This document shows positions 49,066 through 58,707 of a DNA stretch of 64,000 bases, piece after piece. The stretch covers positions 33,681 to 97,680 of the forward strand of contig CAZDTP010000004.1 of the NCBI GenBank assembly GCA_964508365.1, given 5' to 3'. Origin of the DNA: an uncultured archaeon (GTDB lineage Archaea > Asgardarchaeota > Lokiarchaeia > Sigyniarchaeales > SOKP01). The notes below the pieces were generated by a model that was given only the letters and a program-made list of their open reading frames with translations, was not told where the DNA came from and made no database searches. Each line of letters opens with the position of its first letter. Within the stretch, counting starts at the first letter, position 1. Position numbers and translations under genes: made by a program.

Positions 49066-51441
49066 TTGAAGGCTTCCAATATGAATGAACGAATCAAGAA
49101 ACTGCGAATGCAAAGTCGTTCTGCAATTCCGTATCTTTCATTGGAACGTGCTTTATTAATCACAGAGTTTTACAAGAAAGGAGCTGCTCAATTATACTCT
49201 ATACCCGTTTTGAGAGCGAAAGCTTTTCAATACATACTAGAAAACAAAGAAATATGCTTCAATGATGGTGAGTTAATAGTCGGAGAACGAGGTCCGGAGC
49301 CAAAAGCGACTCCCTCTTATCCAGAAGTTTGTTGTCATTCGTTAAAGGATTTAAAAATTTTAGATTCTCGAGAGAAAATTTCTTTCAAAGTACAGGATGA
49401 TGTAAGGGTAAAATCAAGAGATATTATCATTCCATTTTGGAAAGGAAAAACAATCAGAGAAAAAATCTTTTCTCAAGTCGATCAAGAGTGGCAAGACGCG
49501 TATTACGCAGGAGTTTTCACTGAATTCATGGAACAAAGGGCTCCAGGGCACACTGTAGCGGGAAAAAATATTTGGAGTATAGGTTTCTTAGATTTTAAAA
49601 AACAAATCAAAGAAAACATTGATAAGCTAGATTTTTTCACCGATCCTAACGCTTTCGCTAAAAGAGAACAGTTGAAAGCCATGGATATAGCAGCTGATAG
49701 TATAATATCTTATGCAATGAGGCATTCTGAAAAGGCTTTAAAGTTAGCTGAAAACGAATCTAATCCAACGAGAAAAAAGGAATTAGAAAAGATCGCTGAA
49801 GTTTGCTCGAATGTGCCTGCTCATGCTCCAAGAACATTCTGGGAAGCGTTACAGCATTACTGGTTTATTCATTTAGGCGTGATTACGGAATATAACACTT
49901 GGGATTCCTTTAATCCTGGTCGCCTTGATCAACATTTATACCCTTTTTACAAGAAAGATATTTCCAATGGTATTTTAACAAAAGAGGATGCCATCGAACT
50001 ACTCCAAGCTTTCTGGATTAAATTTAATAACCAACCAGCTCCTCCAAAAGTGGGTGTAACAGCCGAAGAAAGCGGCACTTACACAGATTTTTGCAATATT
50101 AATCTCGGAGGATTAAAAGAAGATGGTTCTGATGGAGTAAATGAACTTTCTTACATAATTTTAGATGTAGTTGAAGATATGAGAATATTACAGCCTAGTA
50201 GTAATGTTCAAATAAGTGAAAAAACACCAGACGATTTTATTAGAAGAGCTCTTAAAATTATTAAAACAGGATTCGGTCAACCCTCGGTTTTTAATGCAGA
50301 CGCCATTATCCAAGAACTTACACGCCAAGGAAAATCGATAGAAGATGCTCGAAACGGTGGTGCGAGTGGTTGTGTTGAAACAGGTGCTTTTGGTAAAGAA
50401 GCTTACATTTTAACAGGATACTTTAATCTTGTGAAAATTTTTGAAATTACTTTACATAATGGAAACGATCCTTTAACGGGTAAACAAGTTGGATTAAAGA
50501 CGGGAGAACCTACCTCTTATAGAACTTTTAACGAGTTATTAGAAGCGTATACAAAACAAATCAAGCATTTTGTTGACATTAAAATCAAAGGTAATCTAAT
50601 AATAGAGCGGATTTGGGCGCAAAATCCATCCCCATTTTTATCAATTATTATTGATGATTGCATCTTAAATGGAAAAGACTATAATGATGGTGGAGCAAAA
50701 TACAATACGTCCTATATTCAAATTGTTGGTATGGGAAGCATAACTGATTGTTTAACTTCTTTAAAATATAATGTTTATGACAATAATATTTATACTATGA
50801 AACAGATGCTTGAAGTGCTTAAAAATGACTTCGAAGGTTTTGAGGAAATAAGGCAAAAACTGATTTCTAGAACACCAAAATATGGGAATGATAAAGATTA
50901 CGCCGATCTTATCACCCAACAAGTTTTTGAGATTGTTTATAACGCCATTGATAGTCGTCCGAACACTAGAGGAGGAGTACATAGGATAAATCTACTTCCT
51001 ACAACAGTCCACATATATTTTGGAGAAGTAACTGGCGCCACACCAGATGGTAGGAAAGCACATACGCCTTTATCAGAAGGGATTTCGCCAGTCCAAGGGA
51101 TGGATATTAATGGTCCAACCGCGGTAATAAAGTCTGCAGGTAAAATTGACCATCTTCGAACTGGAGGGACTTTATTAAATCAAAAATTTTCACCTAAATT
51201 CTTTTCAAGTGAATCAGGTATTACCAACATAACTCATCTAATACGCTCTTATTTTAAAATGGGGGGTCATCATATTCAGTTTAACGTTGTTTCGGCAAAT
51301 ACATTGCGCGCTGCTCAAAAAGATCCAGTACAATATCATAATCTAATTGTACGTGTTGCTGGTTATAGCGATTATTATGTAAACTTAGGAAAGGATTTAC
51401 AGGAAGAAATTATTAGAAGAACCGAACATTTTTCTATTTAG
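49066..51441 (+). CDS. hypD: Glycyl radical enzyme, trans-4-hydroxy-L-proline dehydratase type
   Basis: RVAGYS (Gly loop) and SGCVE (Cys loop). HypD-type motifs QRAPGHT, WDSFNPGRLDQ, ESGTYTDF, EAYILTGY and LPTTVHIYFG. True start is probably ATG 49081. Confidence 0.87.
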   Translation: MKASNMNERIKKLRMQSRSAIPYLSLERALLITEFYKKGAAQLYSIPVLRAKAFQYILENKEICFNDGELIVGERGPEPKATPSYPEVCCHSLKDLKILDSREKISFKVQDDVRVKSRDIIIPFWKGKTIREKIFSQVDQEWQDAYYAGVFTEFMEQRAPGHTVAGKNIWSIGFLDFKKQIKENIDKLDFFTDPNAFAKREQLKAMDIAADSIISYAMRHSEKALKLAENESNPTRKKELEKIAEVCSNVPAHAPRTFWEALQHYWFIHLGVITEYNTWDSFNPGRLDQHLYPFYKKDISNGILTKEDAIELLQAFWIKFNNQPAPPKVGVTAEESGTYTDFCNINLGGLKEDGSDGVNELSYIILDVVEDMRILQPSSNVQISEKTPDDFIRRALKIIKTGFGQPSVFNADAIIQELTRQGKSIEDARNGGASGCVETGAFGKEAYILTGYFNLVKIFEITLHNGNDPLTGKQVGLKTGEPTSYRTFNELLEAYTKQIKHFVDIKIKGNLIIERIWAQNPSPFLSIIIDDCILNGKDYNDGGAKYNTSYIQIVGMGSITDCLTSLKYNVYDNNIYTMKQMLEVLKNDFEGFEEIRQKLISRTPKYGNDKDYADLITQQVFEIVYNAIDSRPNTRGGVHRINLLPTTVHIYFGEVTGATPDGRKAHTPLSEGISPVQGMDINGPTAVIKSAGKIDHLRTGGTLLNQKFSPKFFSSESGITNITHLIRSYFKMGGHHIQFNVVSANTLRAAQKDPVQYHNLIVRVAGYSDYYVNLGKDLQEEIIRRTEHFSI

Positions 51442-51521
51442 AATAAAAACTAAATACGATTTAATGGATTTTGTTTTTATTAAATTTAATCTTATTTCTT
51501 ATTATAATTGAAGGATAACTA

Positions 51522-52730
51522 ATGACATATGAAAAAAGCCCACAAAAGTGGCGTTTCTGGCCCGTTATATTAATATGTTCTTTTTACACCATTAATAGCG
51601 CTTTAATAAGCCTTGGAATTCCAATTTTCTTCTTTCAGAGAGGTGTCAGTATAGAAATCATTAGTTTTTTATCTGCAGCTCTAATAATAGCATACTGTTT
51701 TTCACCACTACTATTCAACAAAGCATCTAATAGACTTGGACGAAAGAAAAGTGTAATATTAGCTATGGTCGGAGTTGGGGGTACTCAAATTACTTATTAC
51801 TTCGTTTTAGACCCTTTAGTTTTTCTCATTGCACGATTTACAGAAGGTCTTTTTTTAGGTTTCTTTGCCCCAAATTTACAGGCAAGTATTTCAGATAATC
51901 CATTGTTAGATCATAGTAAATATCTATCGAGATTAACTCTATCATTTAATTCAGGAAGTTTAATTGGACTCCTTTTTGGAGCACTCTTCTTATTCTTTAT
52001 AAATAATATGATATTAGTTTTTTATATTGCACCATTATTAGTAATAACCACTGCAATTATTGCAATATTCTTCTTTCAAGAGTCTACAAAATTAAACAGT
52101 AACATTGGAATCAAAGAGTCGGTGAATACAAACGAAAAAAATTCGTTCTTAAATAATTATGACATGTCAGATGAAGGTAAATATTATATCCCTATAGTAA
52201 TCCCTATAATATTCTTGTTTGGTTTCTCTTTTGCAATTGGAAGTGCTAATTTTATATATCCTATAAAATCAGAGATTTTAGGATTTCAACCTTATAGTGC
52301 ATATTTACTTTCTTTTTTTGCAACATTTGCTCAAACGCTCTCTACATATAAAACAAGTTTGTGGTCAATTAAAAGATTAAAGGTTGTATCGTTAATTTCA
52401 ATAATTTTAGTATCTCTTTTAATCCTATGCTTTGGTATTAATGAAATTTATTTTGGTTTCATTATACTTTTTGTTATAATTGGATTTTTTGCGGGTATTT
52501 TATACGGAAGTGCTATAAAGTTTTTTATGATCCTTAATCTAACTAAACGTACCTCTATATATAGTAGTATAATGGAAAGCCTTTCTGGCATTACTTATTT
52601 TGCCACCCAAATAACCGCGGGGTTTATCGGTGGAATAAGCTTAGAGCTAGCATTCTTTATACTCTCAATAATTCTTATGGTAATTTTTATGGTAAATCTC
52701 CTTTACATGAAAAAAGTAGTAAAGATATAG
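51522..52730 (+). CDS. MFS transporter
   Basis: About 12 TM helices, motif-A-like ASNRLGRKK, and ARFTEG. Confidence 0.85.
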   Translation: MTYEKSPQKWRFWPVILICSFYTINSALISLGIPIFFFQRGVSIEIISFLSAALIIAYCFSPLLFNKASNRLGRKKSVILAMVGVGGTQITYYFVLDPLVFLIARFTEGLFLGFFAPNLQASISDNPLLDHSKYLSRLTLSFNSGSLIGLLFGALFLFFINNMILVFYIAPLLVITTAIIAIFFFQESTKLNSNIGIKESVNTNEKNSFLNNYDMSDEGKYYIPIVIPIIFLFGFSFAIGSANFIYPIKSEILGFQPYSAYLLSFFATFAQTLSTYKTSLWSIKRLKVVSLISIILVSLLILCFGINEIYFGFIILFVIIGFFAGILYGSAIKFFMILNLTKRTSIYSSIMESLSGITYFATQITAGFIGGISLELAFFILSIILMVIFMVNLLYMKKVVKI

Positions 52731-52952
52731 AATTTATGTATTAAGGCTTTAGGAAGCTATGATAAAATTTATCTATAATTGATTAATTTTCCCATTTAAA
52801 CAATTTTAAAAATAATATAAAAATGTAACGTCTATAACCTTTTATTTAAGTTATGCTTCAAAATCGTTAAAAGAAAAAAATTAAATAGAATTAACTAATT
52901 TACAAATGAATTTTTTAGCTATAATTCTTATAGCTATAGTTAAATAGAAATT

Positions 52953-52965
52953 AAAAAAAAAAAAA
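52953..52965 (-). terminator. Oligo(T) terminator candidate for gltA
   Basis: A13 on + (T13 on -) 22 nt after the stop at 52988. Confidence 0.5.
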
Positions 52966-52987
52966 GGTTTTCGCTCATAAAATTTAC

Positions 52988-54235
52988 CTATCTTTCTTCA
53001 ATTTTCATATATTTTTTACCTAGCTCACCAATATAACGAAGTCTTGGTCTGATTAATTTGTTATCTTTGAGTTGTTCTATGGCGTGAGCAACCCACCCTG
53101 CTGATCTACTTGCTGCAAATAGTGGCGTGAAAGATGTTGTAGGAATTCCTAGTGTATATAATAGTCCTGCAGAATATAAATCTACATTTGGATAAATATT
53201 CTTAGTTTTAATTATGTAATCCTTGAGAATCTCAGTCATCTCTATTATATAATCAACATCGTCATGAATATCATGTCCGTTATTAGGAATTTTATCAATT
53301 AATTCGCCATTTTGAGCTTTTTCAAAAAAATCCATTGATATATCTCTTAAAATTTTAGCCCGTGGGTCCCAGGTTTTATATACTCTATGTCCAAATCCCA
53401 TAATTTTTTCTTTTCTTTCAAATTTTTTCTCTGCCCATGGAATAACAAGCTCTTTTTTCTTTATCTTACTAATCATATATTTTATAACCGCCTCATTTGC
53501 CCCGCCGTGTAGAGGACCTCTCAGTGTACCTATAGCGCTTGTAATACCACTATAAATATCCGAAAGTGTTGAAACCGTTACACGACAAGAGAATGTTGAT
53601 GAATTAATAGAGTGATCTGCGTGACAAATCAATATATCATCAAAAGCTTCTTCAAAATCCTTGTCTGGTCTACTTCCAGTCATCATATAATAATAATTTG
53701 CAGAATGAGAAAGATCTTCTGAAGGTTCTATAAGAGGCAAATTAGTTTGAATCCGATGAGCAAATGCTAATAATGTTGGCATTTTTGCTAATATTCTAAG
53801 CCCTTTTCTAATATTAGCTGGTTCGGTGTAATCATAATCATCTGGATCATATAAGGAAAGAGCGGAGATTGCTGTTCTTAGGAGTTCAATCCTCGTAGTG
53901 TTCCTTGGAAAACTTTTTAGAATGCTAATTATATTATCTGGAATATTTCTTTCCTTTATTAATAAATCTTTGAACTCATTAAACTCAGAATTACTCGGAA
54001 GTTTTCCATATATAAGCAAATAAGCAACTTCCTCAAAATTGGAATTTTCACATAACTTTTTTAGAGGATAACCGCGATAATATAATTTTCCATTTATTCC
54101 ATCAATATACGTGATCAAACTCTCATCTACATAGACTCCAACCAAACCTTTATATATTTTTGGTCGATCTACCTTAGAGAGCTCAGGCTCAGCATCCTCA
54201 TAATCTTCACTAATTTTTCTTTTATCTGCTTTCAT
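52988..54235 (-). CDS. gltA: Citrate synthase (Si-type family)
   Basis: GLVGVYV, LYYRGY, HADH, GPLHGGANE, GFGHRVYK and YPNVDLY. Confidence 0.92.
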   Translation of the reverse strand: MKADKRKISEDYEDAEPELSKVDRPKIYKGLVGVYVDESLITYIDGINGKLYYRGYPLKKLCENSNFEEVAYLLIYGKLPSNSEFNEFKDLLIKERNIPDNIISILKSFPRNTTRIELLRTAISALSLYDPDDYDYTEPANIRKGLRILAKMPTLLAFAHRIQTNLPLIEPSEDLSHSANYYYMMTGSRPDKDFEEAFDDILICHADHSINSSTFSCRVTVSTLSDIYSGITSAIGTLRGPLHGGANEAVIKYMISKIKKKELVIPWAEKKFERKEKIMGFGHRVYKTWDPRAKILRDISMDFFEKAQNGELIDKIPNNGHDIHDDVDYIIEMTEILKDYIIKTKNIYPNVDLYSAGLLYTLGIPTTSFTPLFAASRSAGWVAHAIEQLKDNKLIRPRLRYIGELGKKYMKIEER

Positions 54236-54498
54236 TATTTAGATATCTTATTTGCTTATTAACTCCTAATAATACCTTGAAGTAGAGTGGCAAAATAAAT
54301 ATTTCTTAAGCTTTTAATCATTAATTTTGAAAATAAATAAGAGAAAAAATCAAAAAAAAAAAAGAAAATTTATTGTTTAAATTAAACACACTTCATTGAA
54401 TGAGTTATATTTTTCTGTTTTTATATGTTGTAATAACTAATTTCGCATCTCCCTCTAATAAATAAGAAATGCGTAAAGGTCATCGTTCTATTATTTTT

Positions 54499-54591
54499 TT
54501 AACTACAAATTTTATATACTCCACACACTCCCATGAGTTTATTCTTAGCTTCCTCTCGAATCTCAGTTAAAGTCATTTCTTTTAATATCAT
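54499..54591 (-). pseudogene. 5' relic of an FMN-dependent alpha-hydroxy-acid oxidizing protein
   Basis: GGTGA RBS then MILKEMTLTEIREEAKNKLMGVCGVYKICS*, which resembles that family's N-terminus (EIR..AREKLKG.C.V..+C). Confidence 0.6.
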
Positions 54592-54611
54592 ACTTTCACC
54601 TATACATTCTC

Positions 54612-55991
54612 CTATACCATATTTCTAGGGTCTAAGAGTTCGTCTAAATTGTCAATGTTTAAACCCATCTCTTTAATTACTACTTTACATGTTTTACCTT
54701 CTTTATAAGCCCGTTGGGCAATTTCAGAACATTTATCGTAGCCTATGATCGGTGTTAGGTTAGTAACAAGCATTAACATTTGCTCTAAATCCGATTCGAT
54801 TTGCTTCGTGTTTGCTCTTATGTCTACTAAACAGTTATTGATAAAAGAATTAATTCCACCAATTAAAATGTCAATTGATTCAAGAACATTTACGATCATT
54901 AATGGTTTACTCATATTTAAATCCAAAATGCTTCCATACATTTCTCCACTCGTAACGATATAATCATTTCCAATCACTTGAAGACATACCTGAATTAAAG
55001 CTTCAGATTGGGTTGGATTAATTTTCCCAGGCATTATAGACGATCCCGGTTCATTTTGCGGGAGAATTAATTCTGAAAGACCTGCTCTTGGACCACTACC
55101 CATCCATCGTATATCGTTTGCCATTTTTAAAAGCGATAATGCTAATAATCTTAAATTACTGCTAGCGAAAGCTATAGTATTATGGGAGGATATTCCTTCT
55201 GCTTTTACTGGATTGAGTTTAAAGGATAGTGAAGTTATTTTTGAGAGATGGGATACAGTGAGTTTGTCAAAATCTTTATGAGCGTTTAATCCGGTTCCTA
55301 ATGCAGTACCACCTATTGGAATGTAGGATAACTCATCCAATACCTTATTTAATCGCTCCATATTAATTTCAATTTGTTTTTTGTAGACTTTAAACTCTAA
55401 CGATAATGGTATTGGGATAGCATCTTGTAAATGAGTTCTTCCTACTTTAACAATATCTTTGAATTCTTTAATTTTGGCAACGAGAACTTCTTTTAAATTG
55501 TTTAATACTGGCATTAATTTTTGGATCATATGCACAGTTGATATATGCATCGTACTTGGGATGATATCGTTAGAAGATTGGCTTTTATTCACATGGTCAT
55601 TAGGATGGACTGGATGTTTTTTGCCCATAGGAAATCCTAAGATTTGAGAGGCTCTATTAGCTAGTACCTCGTTCATATTCATATTTGTTTGAGTCCCACT
55701 TCCAGTTTGATAGATATCAATTGGAAATTGATCTAAGTGTTTCTTTTCGTTTAATATTTCGTTAACGGTTTGTAAGATTGCAGCTCCAATTTCTTTATCG
55801 ATTAACCCCAACTCCATATTTCCTAATAGACACGCTTTTTTAAGCTGTGCTAGCGCTATAATAAATATATTAGGGAATTTCTTACCACTAATTTGGAAAT
55901 TCTGGATAGCTCTTTGAGTATTAATTCCCCAATATACATCGATTGGGACTTCTATTTCGCCCAAAACATCTTTTTCTATGCGATATTTCAA
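54612..55991 (-). CDS. fumC: Fumarate hydratase class II
   Basis: QTGSGTQTNMN, HPNDHVNKSQSSND, GRTHLQDA and GSSIMPGKINP. Confidence 0.95.
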   Translation of the reverse strand: MKYRIEKDVLGEIEVPIDVYWGINTQRAIQNFQISGKKFPNIFIIALAQLKKACLLGNMELGLIDKEIGAAILQTVNEILNEKKHLDQFPIDIYQTGSGTQTNMNMNEVLANRASQILGFPMGKKHPVHPNDHVNKSQSSNDIIPSTMHISTVHMIQKLMPVLNNLKEVLVAKIKEFKDIVKVGRTHLQDAIPIPLSLEFKVYKKQIEINMERLNKVLDELSYIPIGGTALGTGLNAHKDFDKLTVSHLSKITSLSFKLNPVKAEGISSHNTIAFASSNLRLLALSLLKMANDIRWMGSGPRAGLSELILPQNEPGSSIMPGKINPTQSEALIQVCLQVIGNDYIVTSGEMYGSILDLNMSKPLMIVNVLESIDILIGGINSFINNCLVDIRANTKQIESDLEQMLMLVTNLTPIIGYDKCSEIAQRAYKEGKTCKVVIKEMGLNIDNLDELLDPRNMV

Positions 55992-56118
55992 AATTTAAAC
56001 CAACCAAAAATTGTTTGATTATAAGGTTATTAGAAATAGGTTCATAAAAAAAGTTTATACTAATATTCAATAAAATAATCTCAAGGTTTAAAAATTAATA
56101 TACTAAGAAATAAATTGA

Positions 56119-56994
56119 TTAAGAAATCAAGGCATCGATTATTTCTTCATAATAATTAAAAATCGTAGAATAGTGTCCTTCATTGGGATAAAACTTCCCT
56201 TCGCAATTTGGAATTACTTTGCACATCCCACGACCCATAGCAATAGGTACATTTTTATCAGCGTCTCCATGCCAAATATATACCTTTAGTTTGGGAGATA
56301 TATCTTCTAGGTTAAAACCCCAAGATCTTGCATAAATTTTCACTTCATGATATGCTCCTTTACTACCCTGGCGAAACGCTTCAGCACCTTCCTTAATAAA
56401 GGTAGAAAGAATTTGAGGATCACTAAGTACTTTTCTATCAGCTTCAGGTAGTTTTTTCATAGATTTCTTCATGTTTTTTTCTGCTTTTTCTAAATCTTTC
56501 ATCCCACGAGATTGAATCCATATCGAAAACTTAAATAAAAAAGGAAAAATACGAAAAACGCTAAAAAGTCTAAATTTCTTCTCAATTTCAAGATCTTTTG
56601 AAGCTAAACCACTTATTATTCCACAAGATGTTAATCGCTCAGGAATTTTATAAGCACAGGCTATAGCATATGGTCCTCCCCCTGATATCCCTTCAACTGC
56701 AAATTTATCGATCCCTAAAGCATCGGCTAATTCAACAACATCATCTGGCCAACCTAAGAGCGTGCGATCTTTTTTGAAATCTGACAACCCCATTCCGGGT
56801 CTATCGATACTAATAACTCGGATCTTTTTTATTATTGCTCTATCAGCTAAAAGCGTTGCCTCAAGGCGAGATCCTGGAAAACCGTGAAAATGAAAAAGAA
56901 CATGCTTTGCAGCTTGATTTCCTAAATCAGCATAACCAAGCGTCCTTCCATCTTTTAATTTAATTGTTAGACTAGTCTTATCACTAATAATCAT
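56119..56994 (-). CDS. Alpha/beta hydrolase
   Basis: HGFPGSRLE, DRPGMGLSD, GISGGGPY, HGDAD and EGH. Confidence 0.9.
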   Translation of the reverse strand: MIISDKTSLTIKLKDGRTLGYADLGNQAAKHVLFHFHGFPGSRLEATLLADRAIIKKIRVISIDRPGMGLSDFKKDRTLLGWPDDVVELADALGIDKFAVEGISGGGPYAIACAYKIPERLTSCGIISGLASKDLEIEKKFRLFSVFRIFPFLFKFSIWIQSRGMKDLEKAEKNMKKSMKKLPEADRKVLSDPQILSTFIKEGAEAFRQGSKGAYHEVKIYARSWGFNLEDISPKLKVYIWHGDADKNVPIAMGRGMCKVIPNCEGKFYPNEGHYSTIFNYYEEIIDALIS

Positions 56995-57269
56995 CGTTTA
57001 CACCATCGTTATTAAATGATACTTTGATCTACATTAAATATAAACATATATTTTTTTGCTTAATTCCAACTATATGACATGCGGTTATACGATAGTGAAT
57101 ATCGAGAAGAAATTTTTAAAATCTATTAACTATATCCGTTTCCCTCTTTATTGCTCTTTTCACTTTTCTCCTTATTTCAGGAGTAAATTCCATAAGCAAG
57201 TTTAAATAATCTCAACAACGAAAAAAATTTGCAAGAAAAGATAAACATTTTCCTATAAAGTGATAGAGG

Positions 57270-57482
57270 TTGAGCGAAACTTCTCTAAAAATTTTCAGTC
57301 TTGGTAGTCCCGGAGTGGGAAAAACTTCCTTTATCATTCGTCTTTTAAGTGGCTATTTTTTAGAAAATCTAACTAGCGTTAAAATCATCTACATCAGTAG
57401 TAATATATCAACCACTTTTATTATTCAGGATCAGGAGCAAAAACTGCCGTATGAACCAATTTTCCTATTGGTTCTTTATTAA
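57270..57482 (+). pseudogene. N-terminal relic of a Ras/Rab-like small GTPase
   Basis: LKIFSLGSPGVGKTSFIIRL (beta1 plus P-loop) with no DxxG or NKxD afterwards. The ORF tail overlaps the GPP34 gene. Confidence 0.65.
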
Positions 57483-58026
57483 TTAACTCTTTCATCCGTG
57501 ATTTGACTTGTTTTTTATGTTCTTTACCTAAAATTTCTTTATAGTAGCTAGTCGCTCTTATTATGCTAAGGAAATACATGAATGTTTTATCAGGTACATT
57601 GTTATTTTGTAAAAGAACTTCCCTTAACTTATTAATAATCTCTTCACTCAGGTCATGATTGAAATTTAACACCGTAAACTCATATATTCTTGCTAATCTT
57701 ACTCTTTTAAAAGACAAATTCATTAAGTTTAAAGACTCTAAATGCTCTGTGAAGAGTGGAAATAAATATTCACCTCTTTTTTTAAAAAAAAATTTTTTAA
57801 AATAGAATGAAATTTTTTTATTCGTGTCGAATTCTGAGATTATCGACAAAGCCCCATCAAGATAAGAGTCTCCCGTTGAAGTGGTATCAATTAAATTCAT
57901 TCTAGATCCAATAATTTCTACTTTCATTTTGATTATCAAATCCATTAATACTGCTCCATATATTCCCGCTTCCTCGATATATTTAGAATTTTTTGCTTTA
58001 AATAAGACATGCATATCGGAAACCAA
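57421..58026 (-). CDS. GPP34/GOLPH3 (Vps74)-family protein, possibly 5'-damaged
   Basis: GAVLMDL...VEI...IDTTSTGDSYLDGAL matches the GPP34 pattern. The in-frame upstream sequence LSV*FIIIL*VLSEKRGR looks like the missing N-terminal helix with two stops. Confidence 0.72.
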   Translation of the reverse strand: MVSDMHVLFKAKNSKYIEEAGIYGAVLMDLIIKMKVEIIGSRMNLIDTTSTGDSYLDGALSIISEFDTNKKISFYFKKFFFKKRGEYLFPLFTEHLESLNLMNLSFKRVRLARIYEFTVLNFNHDLSEEIINKLREVLLQNNNVPDKTFMYFLSIIRATSYYKEILGKEHKKQVKSRMKELINKEPIGKLVHTAVFAPDPE

Positions 58027-58199
58027 TAATGATGATAATATGATTATCCTCCCTCTCTTTTCACTTAAAACTTATAATATGATTATGAACTAAACAGATA
58101 ATTTAGTATATAAACTTATTAAGACTGAAATTAAATAATGCTAATTATGTTTAATAAAAACTGATAACGATATGGCTCTGGCAATGAAATTAATATAGA

Positions 58200-58500
58200 A
58201 TAAAAGCTCAATTTTTTTTAACGAAGCGCCAATACCGATATGTAGCGAGAAGTTCATAGAAATTTAAGTAATTGCCGTTCATAAGTTTGAAACAAGAGGG
58301 TTTCACTATGATGATAATACTATTTTATGGAGCGCTAAGAGAAATATTTTAGTGAAGCAAGTGAAATTTATTCCAAGAAGGGTGATAAAGAGAGTTTTGT
58401 GAGATTATTATGCCTTATAGCGTCAGCTTCATATCTCCTCATGTCTTATAATATTAATCAAGAAGAATTTTATTTCCTCTTAATGAATTTCTGCTCATAA
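58200..58500 (+). pseudogene. Possible decayed fragment of a TPR-protein paralog
   Basis: One frame gives KYFSEASEIYSKKGDKESFVRLL, similar to LFLKSKEIYSKNSDFNGQARCL in the downstream gene; many stops. Confidence 0.35.
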
Positions 58501-58707
58501 TACCTAATACTCCTAATTAACCAAATTAGGATACTTCTAATCAAAAATGGACTCATATAATAGTAAAAGAATAAATAATCAAACTAGACTGCTTGCTCTC
58601 AATTTTAAATTCTCCTTAATAACGAAAGTGAAAGTCTTAAATAAAGAAATATTCAATTAATAATTGACTTTAAGTCCTCGAAATTATGAAGAGATGATTA
58701 ATAGGAT

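Noticed and set aside
57120-57200. Short minus-strand ORF MEFTPEIRRKVKRAIKRETDIVNRF
   Set aside because: About 25 codons with no recognisable homology; cannot be supported.
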